Assembly: GCA_965552055.1 (NCBI GenBank)
Contig: CBEVQO010000003.1
Coordinates: 96,001 to 160,000 of the forward strand
DNA length: 64,000 nucleotides
DNA from: an uncultured bacterium
GTDB taxonomy: Bacteria > Hydrothermota > UBA3073 > NMUJ01 > CBEVQO01
Direction: 5' to 3'
The number at the start of each line of letters is the position of its first letter. Positions within the stretch are counted from its first letter, which is position 1. A model generated the notes under the pieces. It ran no database searches, was not told where the DNA came from, and saw only the letters and a list, made by a program, of their open reading frames with translations. This document shows positions 20,309 to 29,917 of the stretch, piece by piece. Made by a program: the position numbers and the translations under genes.

Positions 20309-22813
20309 TCACCACCATATCAAATCTTTAACATATTTATAAAACATCTCCTTTTTTCCATCCGGCAACTCCACATATTCAAGATTTTTCGGGTCAATCT
20401 TCGTCCCGTCTTCAAGCTCAGCATAATCCTTTGTTATCTTTTTAATCCATTTGCCCAGTAGATTTGAGAGTGTTTCAACAATGTCTATTTCCTTTCCATC
20501 TTTTTCTTTTGAATAAAGTTTTGAGAAATCAACTTTTACTTTGTTATTCTCATAATCAATTTCAAGACATTCGAGCATTTTCGGGTCTTTCATAAAAATA
20601 TACTGGCTATATGGGTCTTCATAGGGATTTTCAAATAAATCAGAATCTTCATATTTTGCTTTTCTTAAAACATCTTCATACTGTTCAAGTTCGTAATATT
20701 TGAAAAATCCGCCCGCATTTTTCTCATTATATTTTTCCTTAACATCCTTTTCTTTTGAAATTCCCGACTTGTCATAAAATAAAACCTTTTTCATTCTTGG
20801 TAAAACAACGGTATAAAAATGCTCTCCAACCTCAATCCCTATCCATTTTCTTTTTAACTTATGAGTCACAGCGCATGTTGTGCCGGAACCTAGAAAGAAA
20901 TCCATAATTAAATCTCCTTCATTTGAAGTGGATTCTATCACGCGCTTTAAAAGGATTTCAGAATTTTCGGTTTTAAAATGCCAATTAAATGAATAACCTG
21001 AAATATCTGTCCAATTAGTTCCGGGGGCTTTTTTATCCAGCAATATATAAAGTTTTCCATTTTTGATTTTTAATCGACCTTCTTTATACATTCTATTGGC
21101 TACCTCGTTTCCTCTAGCCCAGCAGTAGCCTTTTCGTGGATAAAAAACTTGATTCTCAATAATAATAGGTTTACCCGTTTGACCTCGGTTAGGCTTCTCC
21201 TGCATTAATACCCATTGCGGTTCTCTTTCAATCCAAATTCTTTTGAAAAAGATCAAATTATGATTTTTACAGTAATTTATTAAGCTTTCAGTTTCTTGCT
21301 CTAGATTGTTTACCTCTCTTTTTGCTAAATAAGCAGTTTTCTTTAAAATTATCTCATTCCTAAAATTTTCCCCTCCAAAAATCTCATTCATCAATAACCT
21401 CACATACATATTTCCATTGTAATCGCACCTTACAAATATGCTTCCTGTATCTTTTAATAAATCTTTTGCTATTCTTAATCTGTTTTCAAGCATTGTTATC
21501 CATGTTGCATCTTTGTATTTAACCGAATAGAAGTAATCCGCGTCCTGTTCTTTGTTAAAAGGCGGGTCTATGTAAATTGTCTGAACCTTTTCCCTGAATT
21601 TATTTAATATGGTGTTAAGTGCCTGATAATTCTCAGATTTTATTAACCAGCCATCAAGGGATTCGTCAAGATTATCAAATAATGATAAAATTTCGATCTC
21701 CAAATCTTTAAAATACTTTGTGTCAATCGGAAGGAATCTGTATTTTTCATTTAAATTTTTACCCGTTAAATCTTCTTTTAAAATTTCTTTCCTTAAATCG
21801 GATTCTTTTAATTTATCCTCAATTATTCCGAGTTCTTTCCATTCCTTCACTTGCTCCCCGAAATTTGGATGTTCAAGTATTTTCTCAACGATTAACTTTT
21901 CGTTTTTCGCTTTTGACTTTTCTTTCTCAAAAATCCTATCAAGGGTTATCACATAATTTGAGTTAAAAACAAATTTCGGTTTGTTCCAAATTTTCACAAG
22001 TTCGTTTTCAAATTGAGAAATGAATCTGATTATTTTATATGCAATATCTTTTAAAATCTGTAATTCTTTTATTCTTTTTTCAGTCCATTCACTTTTTTCT
22101 TTAAAAACATATTGATAAAGCCATAAATCAAATTGCTCTTTTAAAAATTCTTCTGCATTTTTGTTTATAAAATAGTCAACTTCGCTTTGTCTTTCAAAAA
22201 CTTTAAAGGCTCTTTCCAGGATATCTGTAGTGATTTTAATACCGTGTTTTTTGAGTTCTTTTATTATTTTTTCAACATTCGTTTTTCTCCCTCTTTCTGT
22301 GTAAAGAACATTAAAAACAATTGTTTTATCTTTTTGAATTTCTTTAAACTCATAAATTAATTCTCTTTTTTCAGTTGCCTTTTTATGTTCAAGTTTGGAA
22401 ACATCAAAATAAAATTTGAAGCCATCTATTTCTGTTCCCATATTTTTAAAAATCCTATCGGTTTTAACATAATAAAGCATTCTTGTTTTCCAGAAAAGGA
22501 TTACATCTTTGTCATCAGTATAAATTTTGTCATAAATACTTTGATGTAAAGGAGTATAATCAAAATAAATGGAACCACTTTTAGAGAAATAACGAGAAAA
22601 GAAAGTATAAAGCTTATCAAATAATTCCTCACGAAATTCTGGAAATTCTTTAAGGGCTGCTTCAATATCTCTTTGTAATTTGGGAAATACCCCTTTCTCG
22701 AAATATTTAGACTTAATTTTCATTAAATTGATATAACCTGATTCGCCCTCTATTTTTTCACCTATAAATACTTCTTTTAAGGCATCATAAAATTTTTTCT
22801 CTTTTTGGATCAT
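20309..22813 (-). CDS. mod: Type III R-M adenine methyltransferase Mod
   Basis: IYIDPPFN (motif IV), DFFLGSGTT (motif I), linkage to res; alternative ATG at 22816. Confidence 0.92.
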   Translation of the reverse strand: MIQKEKKFYDALKEVFIGEKIEGESGYINLMKIKSKYFEKGVFPKLQRDIEAALKEFPEFREELFDKLYTFFSRYFSKSGSIYFDYTPLHQSIYDKIYTDDKDVILFWKTRMLYYVKTDRIFKNMGTEIDGFKFYFDVSKLEHKKATEKRELIYEFKEIQKDKTIVFNVLYTERGRKTNVEKIIKELKKHGIKITTDILERAFKVFERQSEVDYFINKNAEEFLKEQFDLWLYQYVFKEKSEWTEKRIKELQILKDIAYKIIRFISQFENELVKIWNKPKFVFNSNYVITLDRIFEKEKSKAKNEKLIVEKILEHPNFGEQVKEWKELGIIEDKLKESDLRKEILKEDLTGKNLNEKYRFLPIDTKYFKDLEIEILSLFDNLDESLDGWLIKSENYQALNTILNKFREKVQTIYIDPPFNKEQDADYFYSVKYKDATWITMLENRLRIAKDLLKDTGSIFVRCDYNGNMYVRLLMNEIFGGENFRNEIILKKTAYLAKREVNNLEQETESLINYCKNHNLIFFKRIWIEREPQWVLMQEKPNRGQTGKPIIIENQVFYPRKGYCWARGNEVANRMYKEGRLKIKNGKLYILLDKKAPGTNWTDISGYSFNWHFKTENSEILLKRVIESTSNEGDLIMDFFLGSGTTCAVTHKLKRKWIGIEVGEHFYTVVLPRMKKVLFYDKSGISKEKDVKEKYNEKNAGGFFKYYELEQYEDVLRKAKYEDSDLFENPYEDPYSQYIFMKDPKMLECLEIDYENNKVKVDFSKLYSKEKDGKEIDIVETLSNLLGKWIKKITKDYAELEDGTKIDPKNLEYVELPDGKKEMFYKYVKDLIWW

Positions 22814-22818
22814 CATAA

Positions 22819-22845
22819 ATTTTACTTAAATATTATTGTTGTCAA
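22819..22845 (-). promoter_or_regulatory. Promoter TTGACA-N15-TAAAAT, ATG 5 nt downstream (mod)
   Basis: Read directly. Confidence 0.7.
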
Positions 22846-22855
22846 GAATAAAATC

Positions 22856-23332
22856 TTACAAATTCGACCACTTTTGTGCGAGTTCGTCTCTGCGAGGTTT
22901 ATAAACTTTTTCGTAGAACAGGCGCTGTGATTTCAATACATCTTCGCCTGCTTCTTTACAAATTTTTACCGCTTCTTCCCATGCTTTATCAAATTTGCCA
23001 CCAAATCTTTTCTCAATTTGGCGTTCAAAATCTTTCTCTGTTTGTATTTCGCCGCCTATTGTAAAATACTTTTTGCCTTCGATTTCCACACAAAAAGCCA
23101 TTTCATCACCAACTTTGAATTGCTCTATTTTCAACTCTTTCTTATATTTCCTTTTATATTCGGGTTTTAATTCTACGGGTTTTTGTATCTTTTTGAATCC
23201 TTTCTTTGCTGCTGCATAAAATATTGCACGATTTAAACCAAAACTTTTTGCAGATTCCAAAGGAAGTAGATTAAGGACATAAACTCTTGCTGCCTGCAAT
23301 GTAGCCATAACCTGAAACCTACCTACCATCAT
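22856..23332 (-). CDS. Conserved hypothetical protein
   Basis: Likely start at MMVGRFQVMATLQAAR; the upstream part of the 225-aa ORF is antisense to the ATPase gene. Confidence 0.7.
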   Translation of the reverse strand: MMVGRFQVMATLQAARVYVLNLLPLESAKSFGLNRAIFYAAAKKGFKKIQKPVELKPEYKRKYKKELKIEQFKVGDEMAFCVEIEGKKYFTIGGEIQTEKDFERQIEKRFGGKFDKAWEEAVKICKEAGEDVLKSQRLFYEKVYKPRRDELAQKWSNL

Positions 23333-23369
23333 TATTTTTATGCAAAAGAGAAATTTGTCAATAAGAATC

Positions 23370-23396
23370 TTGACAAAGTATATAAATGAGTAAAAT
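23370..23396 (+). promoter_or_regulatory. Promoter TTGACA-N15-TAAAAT, ATG 6 nt downstream
   Basis: Read directly. Confidence 0.7.
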
Positions 23397-23402
23397 AGGT
23401 TG

Positions 23403-24605
23403 ATGATTAAAAGACTAAAAGTTAAAAATTTTAAGAGTTTTAAAGAAATTGATGTTAACTTGGGCAGATTTAATGTTTTAATAGGACCAAATGCTTCTGG
23501 GAAAACAAATTTTACCCAGATTTTTAATTTCATAAGAGATATTATAAATTTAGGTTTAGAGGATGCAATATTTTCTCAAGGAGGTCCCAATTATATTCGT
23601 AATTTAAATTGCAAAGAAGATTTTTTGACAATAAATATTTCGTTAGATGAAAAATTATCTCTACATAGGAAAGGGACTCCTTTTGGGATAAATATAGAAG
23701 AAACAGAATATGAGATAGATATTTCTTTTCGAGGTAAAAGTCAATTCATAATAGATAGGGAAATAATATTTGAACATTGCGAATTTATTGACACAGAAAA
23801 AAAAGAAGCGAATAAAGGATTTATAAAAGTTTTGAGAGAAAGAAATGATGTAAAAGTTGAAATAAATTCTCCTGAAAATTTTCCTCTAAAAGAAAATGAT
23901 ATATGTTCGCCTTTACTTCCACAAATAATAGGAAAATATAGTTTACTACGCATGATCTCTCCGCCCTTTGCAGACCAGTTTTTAAAATTAAATAAAATAA
24001 AAGTATTTAACATTAATCCTCAAGAGGCAAAGAAAAATAGACCTATCTCAGGAAGATTGTCATTAGAAGAGGATGGAAGCAATTTGCCTCTTATCCTGAA
24101 AAACATATTAGAAGATGATGAGAAGAGGAATAAATTGTTAAATTTAGTGAATGACATTTTACCTTTTGTAGAAGATATTATTATAGAAAAAAGGTTCGAA
24201 GAGAAAGAGTTATCGTTTAAATTGTATGAAAAATATTTAATGGAAGATATTCCTTCGTCTTTGATATCTGATGGTACTATTAACTTAATTATTATGATAA
24301 TCATGCTTTATTTCGAGAAATTGCCGCTTGTTATAATCGAAGAACCTGAAAGAAATATTCACCCATCCATAATTTTTCGAATAGTAAACATGATGAAAGA
24401 AGCATCAAAAGATAAACAAATTATTATTACAACACATAATCCATTATTTGTAAAGTATGTTGATTTGGAAAATTTACTTTTGATAAAAAGAGATGAGGAA
24501 GGAAACTCTGTAATAACTTGTGCAGAAGAACATGAAGAAATAAAAATATTTTTGGAAAATGAAATAGGTCTGGATGAACTTTTTGTGAAAAATATATTAT
24601 CATAG
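23403..24605 (+). CDS. AAA_21-type ABC ATPase
   Basis: GPNASGKTN, ISDGT, IIEEPERNIHP, IIITTHNP. Confidence 0.88.
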   Translation: MIKRLKVKNFKSFKEIDVNLGRFNVLIGPNASGKTNFTQIFNFIRDIINLGLEDAIFSQGGPNYIRNLNCKEDFLTINISLDEKLSLHRKGTPFGINIEETEYEIDISFRGKSQFIIDREIIFEHCEFIDTEKKEANKGFIKVLRERNDVKVEINSPENFPLKENDICSPLLPQIIGKYSLLRMISPPFADQFLKLNKIKVFNINPQEAKKNRPISGRLSLEEDGSNLPLILKNILEDDEKRNKLLNLVNDILPFVEDIIIEKRFEEKELSFKLYEKYLMEDIPSSLISDGTINLIIMIIMLYFEKLPLVIIEEPERNIHPSIIFRIVNMMKEASKDKQIIITTHNPLFVKYVDLENLLLIKRDEEGNSVITCAEEHEEIKIFLENEIGLDELFVKNILS

Positions 24606-24608
24606 TAA

Positions 24609-25139
24609 ATGGAATATAAGCTCCTTTTCATATTCGTTGAGGGAGAAAATGAAATGAGATTTTTTGAAAGAATGCTTGAACCTCTATTAAAACAAAAATA
24701 TTCTTGCATTAAAATTGTTCCTTATTCCAAAAAAGAAAGAAAATGGGATTGGATAAATGATTTTATTAGATCAATCAACAAGATGAAATTTGCCAGTTAT
24801 ATTTTTGTGACAGATATAAATACTGCTCCATGCGTTGCTGCAAGAAAAGAAGAAATAAAAAATAAAATTCGAAATATCTCTGATGATAGAATAATGGTAG
24901 TGGTGAAGGAAATCGAAAGTTGGTATATGGCTGGAGTAAGCGAAAATTTTCTCAGCAAAAATAAAATAAAGGTACCTAAAAATACCGATGATTTCATGAA
25001 AGAAGATTTTGAAAAAATTATTCCTAAAAAATTTTCAAAAAGAGAATTTTTAATAGAAATGTTAAAGTATTTTTCATGTGAGAGAGCCCAAAAGAAAAAT
25101 AAATCGTTTAAATATTTTATGACAAAATTCGATTGCTGA
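24609..25139 (+). CDS. TOPRIM-like (DUF4276-like) protein
   Basis: FIFVEGENE, YIFVTDIN, EIESWYMAG; 3 nt after the ATPase. Confidence 0.65.
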   Translation: MEYKLLFIFVEGENEMRFFERMLEPLLKQKYSCIKIVPYSKKERKWDWINDFIRSINKMKFASYIFVTDINTAPCVAARKEEIKNKIRNISDDRIMVVVKEIESWYMAGVSENFLSKNKIKVPKNTDDFMKEDFEKIIPKKFSKREFLIEMLKYFSCERAQKKNKSFKYFMTKFDC

Positions 25140-25206
25140 TGAAGTTTCTGAGTCGAAATAGAAATAAGAGTAAGGCAAAGGCTTAAATTTTAAAAGAGAA
25201 TATTAA

Positions 25207-26244
25207 TCACTTTTTATAAGGAATGCGTAATAAATCAAATGTTATAATTGAATTGAGACGCTTAACTTTTATCCTTGTTTTTGTCCCAGGTTTTCCTTCC
25301 AACAATTTTATGATTTCAGAAAAAGGTTTATTGCATGTATTCACGCTGTCTATTTCGATTATCATATCATATTTTTTTATACCTATACTGTCTGCGGGTG
25401 TTCCTTTTATTACCTCTAAAACAGTAGGATAATAAGAATTACCATCAACTGTAAAAATAGCAATTCGAACTCCTGTTTCACATTTAAAGGCTGAGGAATC
25501 TATATTAGAACATATGGGGAAATTTTTTAAAATATCTCGTATAACAAATTGTGAACAAACCCTTATATCTGGATTTTTAGAAACACCCACACCGCATCCC
25601 GACCAGACATTTTTAAGTGTTTTCCCATCATATACCCATATAATTGCCGAAGGTAAAAAATAACCTACTGTATACCCGGGTTTGATGTAAGTTTTTGTAG
25701 TTAAATATCCCGGAACATAAATAGTTTTAGTATCCATTCCTTGCCATGTACCCCAAGTGTGGGAAAAGTTTGAATTATATGAGGACATGTTAAATCTATA
25801 GTAAGAGAAATCATGAATAGTGATGTATTTACCTGGCACCCATACAGGAACTTGTTTAATTGATGGCGGAACTTTTATTTCTTTATATTCGATATCCACT
25901 TGAGCTGTGATTAAAAAGTCAGGAGTAGAATCTATTGGAACAAATTTATACCCTTTTGCTTCGAATATGTTTCTAATGAAAAATAAAATCTGGCGTTCTA
26001 AAATTGGATTCATTTTAACATCTTTTGCGATTATTGATAAAGGGAACACTGAAAATGTTCTGTAACTTGTGAAATCTGCTTCTGGTTCTTTGTATACTGA
26101 TACAGTTGGTTTACATTTTAAGAATGCCGGACTTAAGTTATTACCGTAATATAACTTAACTTTTGTAATGGATGATGTGGAAGCACAAGATACAAATTTT
26201 AAGAGTACTAAAAGAAATACAAAATAAATTAACTTCACTTTCAT
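25207..26244 (-). CDS. Lipoprotein with DUF4136-like and C-terminal PDZ domains
   Basis: FVSC lipobox, DFTSYRTF, VIKGTPADSIGIKKYDMIIEID. Confidence 0.75.
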   Translation of the reverse strand: MKVKLIYFVFLLVLLKFVSCASTSSITKVKLYYGNNLSPAFLKCKPTVSVYKEPEADFTSYRTFSVFPLSIIAKDVKMNPILERQILFFIRNIFEAKGYKFVPIDSTPDFLITAQVDIEYKEIKVPPSIKQVPVWVPGKYITIHDFSYYRFNMSSYNSNFSHTWGTWQGMDTKTIYVPGYLTTKTYIKPGYTVGYFLPSAIIWVYDGKTLKNVWSGCGVGVSKNPDIRVCSQFVIRDILKNFPICSNIDSSAFKCETGVRIAIFTVDGNSYYPTVLEVIKGTPADSIGIKKYDMIIEIDSVNTCNKPFSEIIKLLEGKPGTKTRIKVKRLNSIITFDLLRIPYKK

Positions 26245-26250
26245 CACATT

Positions 26251-26323
26251 ATTTTATACAAAATTTTTATTTTGTCAAGCGTAAAAATTAAAAAAGTTGA
26301 CAATACTAATTTGTGATTAAAAT
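26251..26323. promoter_or_regulatory. Divergent promoters: minus TTGACA-N16-TAAAAT (26251-26278), plus TTGACA-N15-TAAAAT (26297-26323); start codons 6 and 5 nt downstream
   Basis: Read directly. Confidence 0.7.
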
Positions 26324-26328
26324 AACAG

Positions 26329-29100
26329 ATGAACCGCTATCGCATCGAAATAAAAAGTAAATCACAGTCAGAAGCACAAATTTTAAAAGAAAATATTAAA
26401 TTACTGGGGATAGATGCAAAAGAAGTTCAGATAACTTATTGCTATTATTTATTTGGGGATATAGAAAAAAGTGATGCAGAATTCATCGCCGATAAAATTT
26501 TGAGAGACAAAGTTGATGAAGAATTTAAAATAAATGAAAAATTTCCTTTTAGCGGATTTGAGGTAGAAATCGCTTACAAACCCGCAGTAAAAGACCCCAC
26601 AGCGGAAAGCACAGAATACATATTATCGGAATTCGGATATAATGTAAAGGTTAGAAGGACAAAAAGATATTGCATAAAAGGAATAACAGAAAAGGAATTT
26701 ACAGAAATAAAAAAGAGATTGCTTTATAACGACCTTATTGAAGAAGAAGTAAAAGATGTGCAAATCTTAACTCCACCCGATTATAAATTTGAACTTATAC
26801 AAATACCACTACTTGAATGCAAAGATTTAAAGGATTTAAGCGAAAAAATGGCACTATTCTTATCGGAAAAAGAGATGAAAGTTATACAGGATTATTTCAG
26901 GGAAAAAGGCAGGAATCCCACCGATGCAGAACTCGAGACATTCGGAGCTATATGGTCGGAACATTGCTCTCACAAAACATTAAAAGCAAGGGTTAAATAT
27001 GGTGATAAGAAATTTGAAAATTTATTACGGGATACAATAATGAAGGCAACAGAAGAACTTAAAAAAGATTATATTCTTTCTGCATTTTCAGATAATGCAG
27101 GTGTTTATGAGTTTGATGAAAAATGGGGAATTGCTTTCAAAGTAGAGACACACAATCATCCTTCTGCTCTTGAGCCTTATGGAGGTGCATCAACAGGTAT
27201 CGGTGGTGTTATAAGGGATGTGCTCGGATGTGGACTCGGTGCTACACCAATTGCAAATACAGATGTATTTTGCTTTGCTCCGCCTGACATATCTTATTCT
27301 GAATTGCCTCAAGGTGTGCTCCATCCTTTGAGGATAGCAAAAGGCGTTGTAGCAGGTGTGCGTGATTATGGAAACAAAATGGGCATACCCACTGTAAATG
27401 GTGCGGTTATTTATGATAAAAGGTATATAGGAAATCCTGTTGTATATTGCGGATGTATAGGGCTTATCCCAAAGGATAAAATTAAGAAAAAGACAAACCC
27501 AGGTGATTACATCGTGCTTGTAGGGGGACTTACGGGCAAAGATGGCATACATGGTGCTACATTCTCATCAACAGGTTTAACATCTGAATCACAGGACAAA
27601 TTCATAGCAGCAGTCCAAATCGGTGACCCCATTACAGAGAAGCGTTTGCGGGATGCACTCATTGAAGCGCGCGACAAAAATCTATACACAAATATTACAG
27701 ATTGCGGAGCAGGGGGGATATGTGTTGCTGTTACAGAGATGGCAAGGGATACAGGTGCAGAAGTGCAGCTCAATAAAGTCCCATTAAAATACAAAGGATT
27801 AACTTATAGGGAAATATGGGTGTCAGAATCTCAGGAAAGAATGATATTGGGATGTCCACCTCAAAACCTCCAAAAATTGAAAGAAATATTTGAAAAATAT
27901 GGAGTAAAAGCCACGCCAATAGGCAGATTCAGGAATGACAAAAGATTAATTGTAAAATATGAGGATAAAGTTGTTGTGGATATGGATGTAGATTTTATTT
28001 TCAAAAAGCAACCAAAATTTGAGTTTGAATTTGAAGAAAGAAAAATTGAAGAAAAAGAGGTTGATTTACCGGAATTCGATGTTAAAGAAGTTTTACTAAA
28101 AGTGTTATCGGATTATAATATTCGCAGTAAGGGCTGGATAGTCCATCAGTATGACCACGAGGTTCAGGGTGGCACGGTAATAAAGCCATTGCTCGGTGAT
28201 GCAGCAGTTATAAAGCCACTTCTTAATGTAGATAAAGGAATAGCTATAGGTTGTGGCATAAATCCCTTTTATTCCCGCAATCCCTATCGTATGGCATTTT
28301 GCTGTGTAGAGGAAGCAATTCGCAATGTTGTGGCTGTGGGAGGCGACCCCCAAAAAGTTGCACTGCTCGACAATTTCAGCTGGGGCAAACCCGAAGGCGA
28401 AAAAATGCAGGCGATAATAGAGGTATGCATGGCACTTTATGATACATCAAAAGAATTTTCTGCTCCATTTTTCGCAGGAAAAGATAGTTTAAATAATGAG
28501 TTCGAAGTAGATGGCAAAAGAATATCCATTCCACATACATTGCTCATATCTGCGATAACCATTGTGCCGGATGTCAAAAAAGCAGTAGATTGTATATTTA
28601 AAAAAGAAGGAAATCCAATATATTTACTTGGGATAACGAGGGATGAATTGGGAGGCTCTGTTCTTCACAGGATACTCGGAATAGATGAAGGCGTAACTCC
28701 CTGTGTCTATCCATCGGAATCAAAGAAAATTTTCCAAAGTTTACATTGTGCCATCAAAGAAGGTTTAGTTTTATCGTGTCATGATTTATCGGATGGTGGG
28801 CTGGCAGTTGCTCTATGTGAGATGTGTATCTGTGGCTGGCATCAACATATAAAACCACTTGGTGCGAAAATAGATTTGTGGAGTATACTCGTAGATGGAA
28901 ATTTAACCTTTGAAAAAATTTTATTTTCAGAGTCACAGGGACGCTTTCTTGTAGAGGTTGATAGAGATAAAGAAAAAGAGTTCCTCGATATAATGTCAGG
29001 AGTTCCGCTTTCACGGATAGGAGTTGTAACATCAAAAGATTATGTTGAAATAGGTGAATTAAAGATTTCTCTTTCAGAATTAATAAGAAGTTATTTTTAG
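26329..29100 (+). CDS. purL: FGAM synthase subunit PurL with an N-terminal PurS-like extension
   Basis: WSEHCSHK, KVETHNHPSALEP, DGIHGA, DCGAGG, SESQERM, QYDHEVQ, HDLSDGG. Confidence 0.96.
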   Translation: MNRYRIEIKSKSQSEAQILKENIKLLGIDAKEVQITYCYYLFGDIEKSDAEFIADKILRDKVDEEFKINEKFPFSGFEVEIAYKPAVKDPTAESTEYILSEFGYNVKVRRTKRYCIKGITEKEFTEIKKRLLYNDLIEEEVKDVQILTPPDYKFELIQIPLLECKDLKDLSEKMALFLSEKEMKVIQDYFREKGRNPTDAELETFGAIWSEHCSHKTLKARVKYGDKKFENLLRDTIMKATEELKKDYILSAFSDNAGVYEFDEKWGIAFKVETHNHPSALEPYGGASTGIGGVIRDVLGCGLGATPIANTDVFCFAPPDISYSELPQGVLHPLRIAKGVVAGVRDYGNKMGIPTVNGAVIYDKRYIGNPVVYCGCIGLIPKDKIKKKTNPGDYIVLVGGLTGKDGIHGATFSSTGLTSESQDKFIAAVQIGDPITEKRLRDALIEARDKNLYTNITDCGAGGICVAVTEMARDTGAEVQLNKVPLKYKGLTYREIWVSESQERMILGCPPQNLQKLKEIFEKYGVKATPIGRFRNDKRLIVKYEDKVVVDMDVDFIFKKQPKFEFEFEERKIEEKEVDLPEFDVKEVLLKVLSDYNIRSKGWIVHQYDHEVQGGTVIKPLLGDAAVIKPLLNVDKGIAIGCGINPFYSRNPYRMAFCCVEEAIRNVVAVGGDPQKVALLDNFSWGKPEGEKMQAIIEVCMALYDTSKEFSAPFFAGKDSLNNEFEVDGKRISIPHTLLISAITIVPDVKKAVDCIFKKEGNPIYLLGITRDELGGSVLHRILGIDEGVTPCVYPSESKKIFQSLHCAIKEGLVLSCHDLSDGGLAVALCEMCICGWHQHIKPLGAKIDLWSILVDGNLTFEKILFSESQGRFLVEVDRDKEKEFLDIMSGVPLSRIGVVTSKDYVEIGELKISLSELIRSYF

Positions 29101-29420
29101 CCCCGCCTCCCTGTCCCCACCGCCCTCGTGCACACCCCTCGCTACCGGGGCACAGCCTTAACCGCACTACCGCTCTTTAAATGCCCTCCCCGTAATAAGT
29201 CAAGTTCGCAACCAAAACCCCAATCACATCAAAAACTGCACTACCGCACTCTATAACCTCTCACCATAATGAATGTAGTATCGCACCTAAAACCGGCTCC
29301 CGCTTTCATTGCCACTACCCTTAAAAATCTCCCTTTCTGCTCCCCAAATGTAGTTCAGCTCTCACCGCTCGGGGTGTTGGCTCACAACCCATATGTAATT
29401 GGCTCGCTTACGCTCGCATT
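29097..29420. repeat. Dispersed ~320-bp element, copy 2 (inverted relative to copies 1 and 3); its TTAG end overlaps the purL stop
   Basis: TTAGCCCCGCCTCCCTGTCCCCACC...CCCATATGTAATTGGCTCGCTTACGCTCGCATT. Confidence 0.9.
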
Positions 29421-29449
29421 AAAAATTTAAAAATTTAACGCTTCTAAAT

Positions 29450-29522
29450 TGTGGTTCTGCTCTCACCGCTCGAGGTATTGACTTACAGCCCATATGAAAT
29501 TTGCTCGGCTTCGCCTCGCAAT
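29450..29522. repeat. Diverged duplicate of the terminal ~75 bp of the element
   Basis: GCTCTCACCGCTCG...CCCATATG...GCTCG repeats 29348-29420. Confidence 0.75.
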
Positions 29523-29840
29523 CAAATCTTCACTTAGCCGTGATATGAGAGCCTGCTCCATTTACTGAATAACGCAGCCAAGTTATAAACACCGATGCAC
29601 CATCATATGTACCTTATCCCAAGTTCAACTCAAATTTCCCTAAAAAAATTCTTGACAAACTCATATTTTAAATTATAAATTGTAATATGAAGCCAGCCCT
29701 ATTGGAAAGGGCTGACAGTACTAAGGAGATGGGAAAGAGGCAGAAATCACATCTTATTTTGAACCACCTACCCGAAAATGAGGAAAGAATGATGAATGAA
29801 GGAAATGAGTTTATATATCCTCTCAAACTGTGAAAATATG

Positions 29841-29882
29841 AATTTCGCACATATCAAATTGTCCGAAATTTGGCTCGGCGAC
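29841..29882. repeat. Left arm of a degenerate inverted repeat bracketing the R-M/Argonaute operon
   Basis: AATTTCGC, TTGTCCGA and TTTGGCTCGGCG match, in order, the reverse complement of 38257-38393. Confidence 0.5.
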
Positions 29883-29917
29883 TTTAAAAATTTGAGAATG
29901 AAAATAATTAATGAGAA

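Noticed and set aside
23333..23533. N-terminal extension of the 225-aa ORF
   Set aside because: Antisense shadow of the ATPase 5' end
28754..29167. 137-aa minus-strand ORF
   Set aside because: Antisense to purL and starts inside the repeat
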